From Pseudomonadota bacterium (GTDB lineage: Bacteria; Bdellovibrionota_B; Oligoflexia; Oligoflexales; CAIYRB01): 63,063 nucleotides of DNA. A program made the position numbers and the translations under genes. The notes beneath the pieces are model-generated. The model was not told the DNA's origin, ran no database searches, and was given only the letters and a program-made list of their open reading frames with translations. Where the stretch lies: assembly GCA_031416315.1 (NCBI GenBank), contig JANOTL010000039.1, positions 1 through 63,063 of the forward strand, written 5' to 3'. Below are positions 55,653 through 63,063 of this stretch, piece after piece (position 1 is the stretch's first letter; every line of letters starts with the position of its first letter).

Positions 55653-56597
55653 TCACTCCCAGAGGCCCAGAGCGACCGGCGTCTGCGCCTTCTCGTCCTC
55701 GGGCACGACCTCGAACTCGACGCATTGGCCCATCGTGAACTCGAGGATGCAGAGCGCTTCGCCGCTCGCCTTCGCCAGTTGGATCGGGAGCATGATGATC
55801 GGATTGCCGACCGCATGCGCGAGCGACTGCGGGGCACTCGCCACCTTGGGCAGGCCGATCTGCATCTTGACGTTGATCTTGGCGAACTCGGCCTTCGCCT
55901 TGCCCAGCACTTGGTTGCACATCTCGCCCGCAAGGTCCGCGAACGCCGCCGCATCGGGCACCACGTAGCCTTCGCTGAAGGTTTTCTTCGCCAAGGCGTC
56001 GAGGAAGCCCTTGTCGAAGCGCAGGGACATCGAGCCCATCTGGCTGCCGCCGTTGAAGGCGATCATCCCGGTGGCGAACGCCGTGTCCCCCGTAGTGTCT
56101 CGCTTCAGCGCGGGCTTGCCGTAGCGAGGCTTCCCGTCGAGGTAGAACTCGAGGACCTGCGACGCGGCCGCGATGAAGCAGTTGATAAAGCGGACGTCGT
56201 AGCTCTCCGCCTTCTTCTTTGGCGGCGCCAGGGCGCGGTCGATCCGGCCGACGATGTCGGCCAGGCCGCTCGGCGCCAAGATGATGTTGGTGATCCCGAG
56301 CTCGGCGAGCTTCTTGACGCAGTCGGCGTCGACCTCGGCGGCGACGACGAAGATCGGCGCGTCGCGGTGCTTCTTGTCCTGGCGCACGACGGCGATGAAC
56401 TGCAGATCCGCGGCGCGCTTCTTGCCGAGCCAGGCGACGATGCCGTCGAAGCGCTCGCCCTCCATGTACCACATCGCGTTGTTCAAGCTCAGCGCGTTGA
56501 ACGTCTTGGCGCCGCCCGTCTCGAGCTCCGTCGGCAGCTGCTGCGCGAGGCTCGTCTCGTTGGCGAGGAGGAGGAGTTTTTTGCCGGCGACGCTCAT
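55653..56597 (-). CDS. Pseudo-receiver domain fused to CheX-like phosphatase
   Basis: Receiver-like N-terminus lacking acidic pocket and phospho-Asp (LLLANE, DGIVAW); YDVRFINCFI, GEMCNQVLG CheX motif. Confidence 0.78.
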   Translation of the reverse strand: MSVAGKKLLLLANETSLAQQLPTELETGGAKTFNALSLNNAMWYMEGERFDGIVAWLGKKRAADLQFIAVVRQDKKHRDAPIFVVAAEVDADCVKKLAELGITNIILAPSGLADIVGRIDRALAPPKKKAESYDVRFINCFIAAASQVLEFYLDGKPRYGKPALKRDTTGDTAFATGMIAFNGGSQMGSMSLRFDKGFLDALAKKTFSEGYVVPDAAAFADLAGEMCNQVLGKAKAEFAKINVKMQIGLPKVASAPQSLAHAVGNPIIMLPIQLAKASGEALCILEFTMGQCVEFEVVPEDEKAQTPVALGLWE

Positions 56598-56603
56598 GCC
56601 GTT

Positions 56604-56631
56604 CTTTCGACCGATTCAGGGCTCGACTGAA
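56604..56631 (-). promoter_or_regulatory. Degenerate sigma28/FliA-like promoter
   Basis: Minus strand TTCAG-N15-GTCGAAAG, 6 nt before ATG 56597. Confidence 0.4.
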
Positions 56632-56654
56632 CTGCGGTTGACCAAAAAAGGTCG

Positions 56655-57539
56655 TCAGCGAGCGCCGACCGTCAAAGATTTAGGCAGGTGCTCGGGGGAG
56701 GTAACGCAAGGCGCCGACGTCTCGGCGCTTTGCCCGCAGAGGAGAAGATTCGCGATTGCGACGCCGCGTACCGGGAAAAACTTCGGCGAAATTCGCTCGG
56801 TTGCAAGCCGATAGAGCAGCGCGGCGCGCGCCGGGGCGCCGCGCGGGCCGAGGAGAATCTCATCGGTCAAGCCGCGCTCTAGGGTGCGATGGCGCACCAG
56901 CGCGAAACCGGGTAAAGCCACCGCGGGAAGAGGCGTGGCCTCCGCCAGCGTCACGGTCACGGCCGCGAGCGCGCGACCGCTTTGATTCTTGCCGTTGCAG
57001 ATCATCGCGCTCGCGAAGAGCTTGGAGAAGCGCGTCCCGCTCACGTCCGGCGCCCAATGCTCGACCGTGGCGCAGCGCCAGTCGACGGCGCGGACGACGT
57101 CGACCCGCGGCTCGGCGACGGCACATTTCGCATGCATCGCCATGCAGGTCGCGAGGAGGTGCTGCGGCTGGCTTTCGATCACCGTCGCCAGCTCGAAGAG
57201 CGCGGCCGCAAACTCTTTGGTGATCGCCGCGCGCGGCGCGACGGGGCCGGTGATCTTCGCCGGCTTGAAGCCGTGGCGCTCAGCCGGCGTGCCCGCGAGC
57301 GAAAGCTCCACGCGCACGCCGTTCACGAGGTGCGTCACGCGTCGCAGGCGCTCTGTTCCCTGCGCCAGCGTCGTCTCGAGTCCGACGTCGGGACCGAGGC
57401 GCGTGCGCAGCTCGGCGACCGTCCGCGGCAACGTGGCCAGCTCGCGCGCCAAATCGCGACGCGGCGCGCGGTGGCAGGCGGTGCCGGTGGCGACCAAGGC
57501 CAGGCAGACGAGGCTGAGGGGGAGGCGGCGGGCATTCAT
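56655..57539 (-). CDS. Lipoprotein of unknown function
   Basis: SD GGAGGG; MNARRLPLSLVCLALVATGTAC lipoprotein signal. Confidence 0.6.
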   Translation of the reverse strand: MNARRLPLSLVCLALVATGTACHRAPRRDLARELATLPRTVAELRTRLGPDVGLETTLAQGTERLRRVTHLVNGVRVELSLAGTPAERHGFKPAKITGPVAPRAAITKEFAAALFELATVIESQPQHLLATCMAMHAKCAVAEPRVDVVRAVDWRCATVEHWAPDVSGTRFSKLFASAMICNGKNQSGRALAAVTVTLAEATPLPAVALPGFALVRHRTLERGLTDEILLGPRGAPARAALLYRLATERISPKFFPVRGVAIANLLLCGQSAETSAPCVTSPEHLPKSLTVGAR

Positions 57540-57617
57540 CGGTCCCTCCATCATAACCGAAGCGCGAGATCTTCACGTAAACTCGACGGATTTTCCTATG
57601 CAATCTCGAGCGCGCCC

Positions 57618-59444
57618 TCAAAGCTCCTTGACGCGCTTGTCGATCGTCGTGGCGAACGTCTTCGGCGCGTCCACCAGGACCTCGGCGATCAGCTCGCGGA
57701 AGACGCCGAGGTCTTTCTCGACGGCGACGCCTTTCAATCCGTCGACGCCCGAAACCTGATCGCAGAGGAAGTCGAGCGCGACGATGGTGTAGGCGCCCGG
57801 TCCTGCGCCCTCCGGGGCCGGGAAGATCGTCTCGCCCCCGACCTTGGCGAGCTTCACGAGCTTCGGCGTGCCACCTTCCTTCTTGAAGGTGATCTCGAGG
57901 CCGCTTTGCACCATGATCCCGTATTCGCCGCTCTTCGTCGCCATGTCGAGCGCGAGCTTCACGAGGTGCTCCCTGTCGACTTTCGTGAGGCGCAGGGTGC
58001 GGCTGGAGAACGGCAAGGTCTTGTAGAGATGCTCGTAGGTCAATGCGCCCTTCGGGAGCGTGTCGCGCACGGTCGCGCTGTTGATGATGGCGACGTCGGC
58101 CTGGCTCGCTTCGCGAAGGAGATCGACCAAGGCCTGCGCGAGCGGGCTCTGCTCTTTGCGCGAGCGCTTGATCTCGGCGGTCGCTTTGCCGATCGAGCGC
58201 TCGGCAATCGGACCGATCTCGGCGCGCGACTCCTGGATGATCTTCTCTACCTTCGTCGACGGAATGACCTTCGCGCCTTCGTACAAGACGTGCGTCGTGG
58301 AGATGTCGCAAAAAGCCGACGCCTCCGGGGCGCAGGTGGCGTGCTTCATCTCGAGGCCCGCGAGCCAGCGCGTCTTGTCGCGCAGCACTTTTTTCGTCGT
58401 GACGTCGTAGATCAGGTCGATGCGGCCGAATTTGAGCCCACCGGAGCCCGACTGCACGACGGGGACTCCCGCGACCTCGTAGAGCTCGACCAGGTGGCTG
58501 TGGCCGCTGACGACGGCGTCGACCGCGTCGTCTCGCGCCTGAAGAATGTCCCCGAGCGATTTTTTCAGGTGCGAAACGTTGGCGAAGTTGCCGTCGTGCG
58601 CGATCATCACGGCGAGGTCGACCTGGCCGTCCAGCTCGGCGCGCGCCGCGAGGAAGGAGTCTGTGGCGTCGCGGAAGCACAAATCGCGGACGTTGGCGCT
58701 CTGCGTCGTCTCCGCGGTGTCGACGTGGTCCAAGCCGATGATGCCGATGCGGACGCCGGCGACCTCCTTCACGACGTAAGGCTTGACGAAGGCGGGACGT
58801 TTGGCTTTCTCCCAGACGATCTGTTGGCTGGGATTTTTCGGGCGGCAGCCGGAGCTCACCACTTCCACCTTCGCTCCGGAGGCGTCTTCGAGCGAGGAGC
58901 GCTCATACGTGTTCGAAGAAAGGAGCGGAAAGCTCAGGAGCTCCGCGGCCCGCAAGAGGGCGCCGCGCGGGTTGGCGTTCTCCGGCGCGGTCGTCGGCAG
59001 GACCACATCCTCGAGCCAGCCGACCGGGCCGAAGTCGAAGTCGTGATTTCCCGGCACGGCCGCGTCGTAGCCCGCCTCGCCCAAGGCGCGGAACATGCCG
59101 CGGCCCTCGGAGTAGTTGCTGATCAGCGTACCTTGGAACTGGTCGCCGCCGTCGAGGAGGAGGACGCCGGCGCGTTCGCCGTGTTGCGTCGCGAGCCCGG
59201 TACGGATCGCGGAGACGATGCCGGCGAGGATGGCGACGCCGCCGACGCGCGCCTCGCCGAAGCCTTCGGGCTCCAGCCCGCCGTGCATGTCGTTGGTGCC
59301 TAGGATCGTGATCAAACGCTCGTTCGGCGCGAGGCTCGACGTGGCTCCGGCGTCAAGGGTCTTGCTCGCACCTGCGGGCTTGGCTTCCGGATGCTTGCAA
59401 GCGAGGGCGAGCGCAAGGAGGGCGAAGGTCGCGGTGCGGCGCAT
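57618..59444 (-). CDS. Bifunctional metallophosphatase/5'-nucleotidase lipoprotein
   Basis: Lipobox ALAC; TNDMHG, LDGGDQFQGT, PGNHDFDFG, SGHSH, 5'-nucleotidase C-domain. Confidence 0.92.
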   Translation of the reverse strand: MRRTATFALLALALACKHPEAKPAGASKTLDAGATSSLAPNERLITILGTNDMHGGLEPEGFGEARVGGVAILAGIVSAIRTGLATQHGERAGVLLLDGGDQFQGTLISNYSEGRGMFRALGEAGYDAAVPGNHDFDFGPVGWLEDVVLPTTAPENANPRGALLRAAELLSFPLLSSNTYERSSLEDASGAKVEVVSSGCRPKNPSQQIVWEKAKRPAFVKPYVVKEVAGVRIGIIGLDHVDTAETTQSANVRDLCFRDATDSFLAARAELDGQVDLAVMIAHDGNFANVSHLKKSLGDILQARDDAVDAVVSGHSHLVELYEVAGVPVVQSGSGGLKFGRIDLIYDVTTKKVLRDKTRWLAGLEMKHATCAPEASAFCDISTTHVLYEGAKVIPSTKVEKIIQESRAEIGPIAERSIGKATAEIKRSRKEQSPLAQALVDLLREASQADVAIINSATVRDTLPKGALTYEHLYKTLPFSSRTLRLTKVDREHLVKLALDMATKSGEYGIMVQSGLEITFKKEGGTPKLVKLAKVGGETIFPAPEGAGPGAYTIVALDFLCDQVSGVDGLKGVAVEKDLGVFRELIAEVLVDAPKTFATTIDKRVKEL

Positions 59445-59457
59445 AAGGTGTCCTCTT

Positions 59458-60246
59458 TTAGCTCTCGAACGACTCGAGCTTGATGCGGTGGTCGGCGACG
59501 CCGCGCGCTTTCAAGTGCGCTACGGTCATGTCCATGATGGCCTGCGGGCCGCAGCTCATGAACGTTCCCTTCTCGTAGGTGCCGTCGATGGCGCGCTCGA
59601 GCAGCACGTCGTCGACGCGACCCTTCCAGAAGCCGTCTTGCGTCGCGTCCTCGCGTGAAAGCGTCGTATGAACGTTGACCTTGGCGAAGGCGCGCGCTTC
59701 CTGCAGCTCCTTCCAGCAGATCAGATCCTGGAGCGAGCGGTAGGAGACGAGGAGGGTCATCGAATCGGGCGCGCCGGGCGATCCGAGGCGGGGCGCGTAT
59801 TCGCGCAGGATGCTGACGAACGGCGTGACGCCGCTGCCGCCTGCGACCATGACGAGGTGCTTCGAGTCGTGCGCGTGGTCGTAGACGAACTTGCCGATGG
59901 GGCCGCGGGCGCGCAGGATGGTGCCGACTTTGACGGCATCGCAAAGCCAATTCGAGACGCGGCCGCCTTCGACGCGTTTCACCGTGAACGCGCTGTACTC
60001 CGCTTCGCACGGCGAGCTCGACATCGTGTAGGAGCGTACGATCGGCTTCGCCTCGATGTCGTCGAAGCGAAAGGTGAGATACTGCGCGGCGACGTAGTCG
60101 AACGGGCGGCCACCTTCCTCCGCGTCGACCATGTAGAGGGTCTTCGTGTCCCAGGTTTCGTCGACGATGCGCTCGACGCGCAGGTTCATCCAGCCGCGCT
60201 TGATGCGGCGGGTCGGGGCGGCGGGGGTGGGCGTGACTTCGGTCAA
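59458..60246 (-). CDS. Ferredoxin-NADP reductase-like FAD/NAD(P) oxidoreductase
   Basis: RSYTMSS, GGRVSNWL, GPIGKF, AGGSGVTPF, CGP, ESF. Confidence 0.9.
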   Translation of the reverse strand: MTEVTPTPAAPTRRIKRGWMNLRVERIVDETWDTKTLYMVDAEEGGRPFDYVAAQYLTFRFDDIEAKPIVRSYTMSSSPCEAEYSAFTVKRVEGGRVSNWLCDAVKVGTILRARGPIGKFVYDHAHDSKHLVMVAGGSGVTPFVSILREYAPRLGSPGAPDSMTLLVSYRSLQDLICWKELQEARAFAKVNVHTTLSREDATQDGFWKGRVDDVLLERAIDGTYEKGTFMSCGPQAIMDMTVAHLKARGVADHRIKLESFES

Positions 60247-60264
60247 GAGAGAGCTCCCAAGGGG

Positions 60265-61212
60265 CTATAGACGGGGCGGCAGCGCCGAGACGGCGGCCGC
60301 GTATTCGGTTTCTAAGCGTCGGACGAGATCGGCGACGGTGGGGAGGTCCTTGATCAGGCCAGAGACCTGGCCGATCTCGAGCTCGCCTTGGACCAAGTCG
60401 CCCTCGAGCATACCGAGCCGCGCGCGGCCTTTGCCCAAAATCGCGACGAGCTCGTCCTTCGTGGCGCCGCGCGCCTCGGCAGCCGCGATCTCCTCGTAAA
60501 ACGGGTTCTTCAGCAGACGGACCGGCACCAGATCCTTCATCGTCAGCATGGTCGCGCCGGGGCCCGCGTCGACGATGGCGCGCTTGAAGTTGGCGTGCGC
60601 GCTGGATTCCTGCGTCGCGGCGAAGCGCGAGCCGATCTGGACTCCGGCAGCGCCGAGGGCCAGGGCCGAGGCGACGGCGCGGCCGTCGGCGATGCCGCCG
60701 GCGGCGATGACCGGGATCTTCACGGCGTCGACGACCTGTGGAATGAGGACGAGCGTGGTGATCTCGTCGCGGCCGTTGTGGCCGCCGGCCTCGAAGCCCT
60801 CGGCGACGACCGCGTCGACGCCCGCGGCCTCGCATTTTTGCGCCAGCTCGGGCGAGGACGTCACGTGCACGACGGTGCAGCCTTTGTCCTTGAGATAGGG
60901 CGTCCAAGTTTTCGGCGAGCCGGCGGAAGTGAAGAAGATCCGAATTCCCTCTTCAAGGCAGAGGTCGAGCTGCTCCTTCGCCTTCGAGTAGAGGAGCGGG
61001 ATGTTGACGGCGAGCGGCTTGGCCGTCAGCGCTTTCGCCTTCCTGAGCTGCTGGCGCAGGACGTCGGGCGCCATCGAGCCTGCCCCGAGCATTCCCAGGG
61101 CCCCGGCCTCGGAGGCGGCGGCGGCCAACTTGCCGCCCGACACGTACACCATTCCGGCCTGGATGATCGGCAGGCGAATGCCGAACAGTCGGCGCACGTC
61201 GTGAATTGCCAA
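60265..61212 (-). CDS. Nitronate monooxygenase / FabK-like flavin oxidoreductase
   Basis: LPIIQAGM, EGFEAGGHNG, PVIAAGGIADG, GVQIGSRF, EIGQVSG; TTG start approximate. Confidence 0.9.
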   Translation of the reverse strand: MAIHDVRRLFGIRLPIIQAGMVYVSGGKLAAAASEAGALGMLGAGSMAPDVLRQQLRKAKALTAKPLAVNIPLLYSKAKEQLDLCLEEGIRIFFTSAGSPKTWTPYLKDKGCTVVHVTSSPELAQKCEAAGVDAVVAEGFEAGGHNGRDEITTLVLIPQVVDAVKIPVIAAGGIADGRAVASALALGAAGVQIGSRFAATQESSAHANFKRAIVDAGPGATMLTMKDLVPVRLLKNPFYEEIAAAEARGATKDELVAILGKGRARLGMLEGDLVQGELEIGQVSGLIKDLPTVADLVRRLETEYAAAVSALPPRL

Positions 61213-61334
61213 GGCATCCGCCGAAAGAAATGGAAAAAGCCAACGACTTCGGCGAAGTTTGGCGCCTCGTCCGGGTGAAGTCAACGCTTTTAAGGCGGCC
61301 GAGCCCGAGCAAAACTCTTTTGAATCAGTGGTTT

Positions 61335-62219
61335 ATGGACAAGCCCAGCTATCAGCTCCTCGACTCGGGCACCTTCCAAAAGCTGGAGCAGGTCGGTCCT
61401 TACCGCCTCGTGCGGCCGGCGGCTCAGGCCGTATGGCGGCCGCGGCTGCCGCAGGCGGCCTGGGACGAGGTCGATGCCGTGTTCACGCGGTTCTCCGGCG
61501 GCGACGGCAAGTGGACGGTGAAGAACCGCAAGATGCCCGAGAGCTGGCGCATCGCGATCCCCGGCATCGGCGAGCTGGTGATCCGGCTCACCGACTTCGG
61601 CCATCTCGGCATCTTCCCCGAGCAGCACGACAACTGGGTGCGCCTGGCGAAGCTCGTCGAAAGCCGCAAGGCGGCGTTGAAGGGCGGCGAGCTGCAGGTC
61701 TTGAACCTCTTCGCTTACACCGGCGGCTCGACGATCGCGGCGGCGCGCGGCGGGGCGCACGTGGTGCATCTCGACGCCTCGAAGACGAGTGTCGGCTGGG
61801 GGCGCGAGAACGCTGACGCCTCCGGCCTGGGCGACCGTCCGATCCGTTGGATCGTCGACGACGTCTCGAAGTTCGTGGCGCGCGAGGTCCGCCGCGGCTC
61901 CAAGTATCACGGCATCATCCTCGACCCGCCGAGCTTCGGCCGCGGGCCGAAAGGCGAGACCTGGAAGATCGAGGAAATGCTGCCGCCTTTGCTCGACGAC
62001 TTGAAGAAGCTCCTCGCCGACGACTACGTGTTCTTGCTTCTGAGCGGGCACTCGGCGGGTTACTCGCCGATGGCCCTGGTGAATTTGATCGGCGACGTGG
62101 TCGACCTCGCGAGCGGCGACCACACGGCCGCCGAGATGACGGTCTTCGAGGCTGGCGCGCGGCCGCCCGCGCGGCTCTTGCCGAGCGGCGCCGACTGTTT
62201 CTTCGTGCGAAGGCCCTAG
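61335..62219 (+). CDS. Class I SAM-dependent methyltransferase (RlmI/RlmK-like)
   Basis: YQLLDSG, HLGIFPEQ, LNLFAYTGG, IILDPPSFGRG. Confidence 0.9.
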   Translation: MDKPSYQLLDSGTFQKLEQVGPYRLVRPAAQAVWRPRLPQAAWDEVDAVFTRFSGGDGKWTVKNRKMPESWRIAIPGIGELVIRLTDFGHLGIFPEQHDNWVRLAKLVESRKAALKGGELQVLNLFAYTGGSTIAAARGGAHVVHLDASKTSVGWGRENADASGLGDRPIRWIVDDVSKFVAREVRRGSKYHGIILDPPSFGRGPKGETWKIEEMLPPLLDDLKKLLADDYVFLLLSGHSAGYSPMALVNLIGDVVDLASGDHTAAEMTVFEAGARPPARLLPSGADCFFVRRP

Positions 62220-62221
62220 CG

Positions 62222-63025
62222 GTGAGCCACGACGTCACCAGCGCGAAGAACGAGCGCATCAAGGCGCTTCTGGCCTTGGCCGAGGCGAAGGAAAGGCGCG
62301 CCCGCGGGGTGTTCGCGGTCGAAGGGGCGCGGGAGATCGACCGCGCGTTGCGCTCCGCCTTCGAGGCGGTCGAGGCGTATGCTTGCCCCGAGGCCTTGAG
62401 CGAGTTCGCGCGGGGGGTGTTGCGGAAGGTGGAGGTGGAGGGTGCTCGCGTGACCACCGTCTCCGAGCAGGCCTTCGCTCGCGTCGCCGTGCGCGAGGGC
62501 TCCGACGGGCTGGTCGTCGTCTTCAAGGCGCGTGAGGCCACGTTGGCGACGCTGAAGCTCTCCGCGGCACCCCTCCTTCTCGCCGTCGAAGGCGTCGAGA
62601 AACCGGGGAATCTCGGCGCCCTCGTGCGCACCGCCGACGGCGCCGGGTGCGACGCCGTGATCGCGCTCGGCGCCACGGTCGACCGCTACAATCCGCATGC
62701 GATCCGTGCGAGTCTCGGGACCGTGTTCAGCGTTCCGGTGGTGGCGGCAACGAACGCGACGCTGCGGGCATTTTGCGCGACGAATGGCTTGCGCGTCGTT
62801 GCCGCGGCCCTCTCGCCGCGCGCGAAGTCTTGGAGCAAGGTCGATTACCGCGGCGGCACGGTCGTCCTCCTCGGCAGCGAAGCCGAAGGGCTCTCGCAAG
62901 CTTGGCTCGACGGCGCCGACGACGTGGTCACGTTACCTATGGGCGGTATGGCCGACTCGTTGAACGTCGGTGCCGCTGGTGCGGCGATCCTTTACGAGGC
63001 CGTCCGTCAGAGGACGGCACCGTAG
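62222..63025 (+). CDS. TrmH/SpoU family RNA methyltransferase
   Basis: EKPGNLGALVRTADGAG, LGSEAEGL, LPMGGMADSLNV, YEAVRQR. Confidence 0.92.
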   Translation: MSHDVTSAKNERIKALLALAEAKERRARGVFAVEGAREIDRALRSAFEAVEAYACPEALSEFARGVLRKVEVEGARVTTVSEQAFARVAVREGSDGLVVVFKAREATLATLKLSAAPLLLAVEGVEKPGNLGALVRTADGAGCDAVIALGATVDRYNPHAIRASLGTVFSVPVVAATNATLRAFCATNGLRVVAAALSPRAKSWSKVDYRGGTVVLLGSEAEGLSQAWLDGADDVVTLPMGGMADSLNVGAAGAAILYEAVRQRTAP

Positions 63026-63063
63026 TGCGCTAGGTATGCCTTTTTTATCGCGGAGGCGCGGAG

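Noticed and set aside
52965..59303. Long plus-strand ORFs 52965-54803 and 56982-59303
   Set aside because: Shadows of the GTPase/DUF2868 and 5'-nucleotidase genes.
1..63063. tRNA, rRNA, CRISPR array, prophage, integrase, transposase or known defence system
   Set aside because: None recognised by eye; tRNAscan-SE, Infernal and DefenseFinder would be needed to exclude them formally.

Overview
High-GC bacterial chromosomal segment carrying about 58 protein genes. Gene content (many Cys-lipoproteins, secreted proteases, PP2C/STAS/CheX signalling, mglA beside dnaX without mglB) points to a predatory Bdellovibrionota/Oligoflexia-like organism; this is inference. Recognisable modules are a sigma54-preceded AI-2E/lipoprotein fusion-mlaE-mlaF-mlaD operon, livKHMGF, SRP RNA (ffs)-dnaX-mglA-pepQ, rnhA, lysC, rmuC, recQ, ald, a Tes/MJ0619-like radical SAM enzyme, and a DUF2868-DUF3482 GTPase pair. 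No rRNA, tRNA, CRISPR, prophage or transposase was seen. The most notable hidden signals are: (1) a recurring sigma28/FliA-type promoter motif sitting only 6-8 nt upstream of start codons of signalling and envelope genes, plus a parallel set of TANNNT leaderless starts, suggesting a leaderless FliA regulon; (2) an MglA with all GTP-hydrolysis residues substituted; (3) an AI-2E transporter fused to a lipoprotein through an internal lipobox at the head of an Mce operon; (4) two tandem TTA-flanked MITE-like hairpins; (5) an orphan OmpA C-terminal remnant; (6) a probable CTG start with a hairpin-occluded SD. All family calls come from motif recognition by eye, not database searches.
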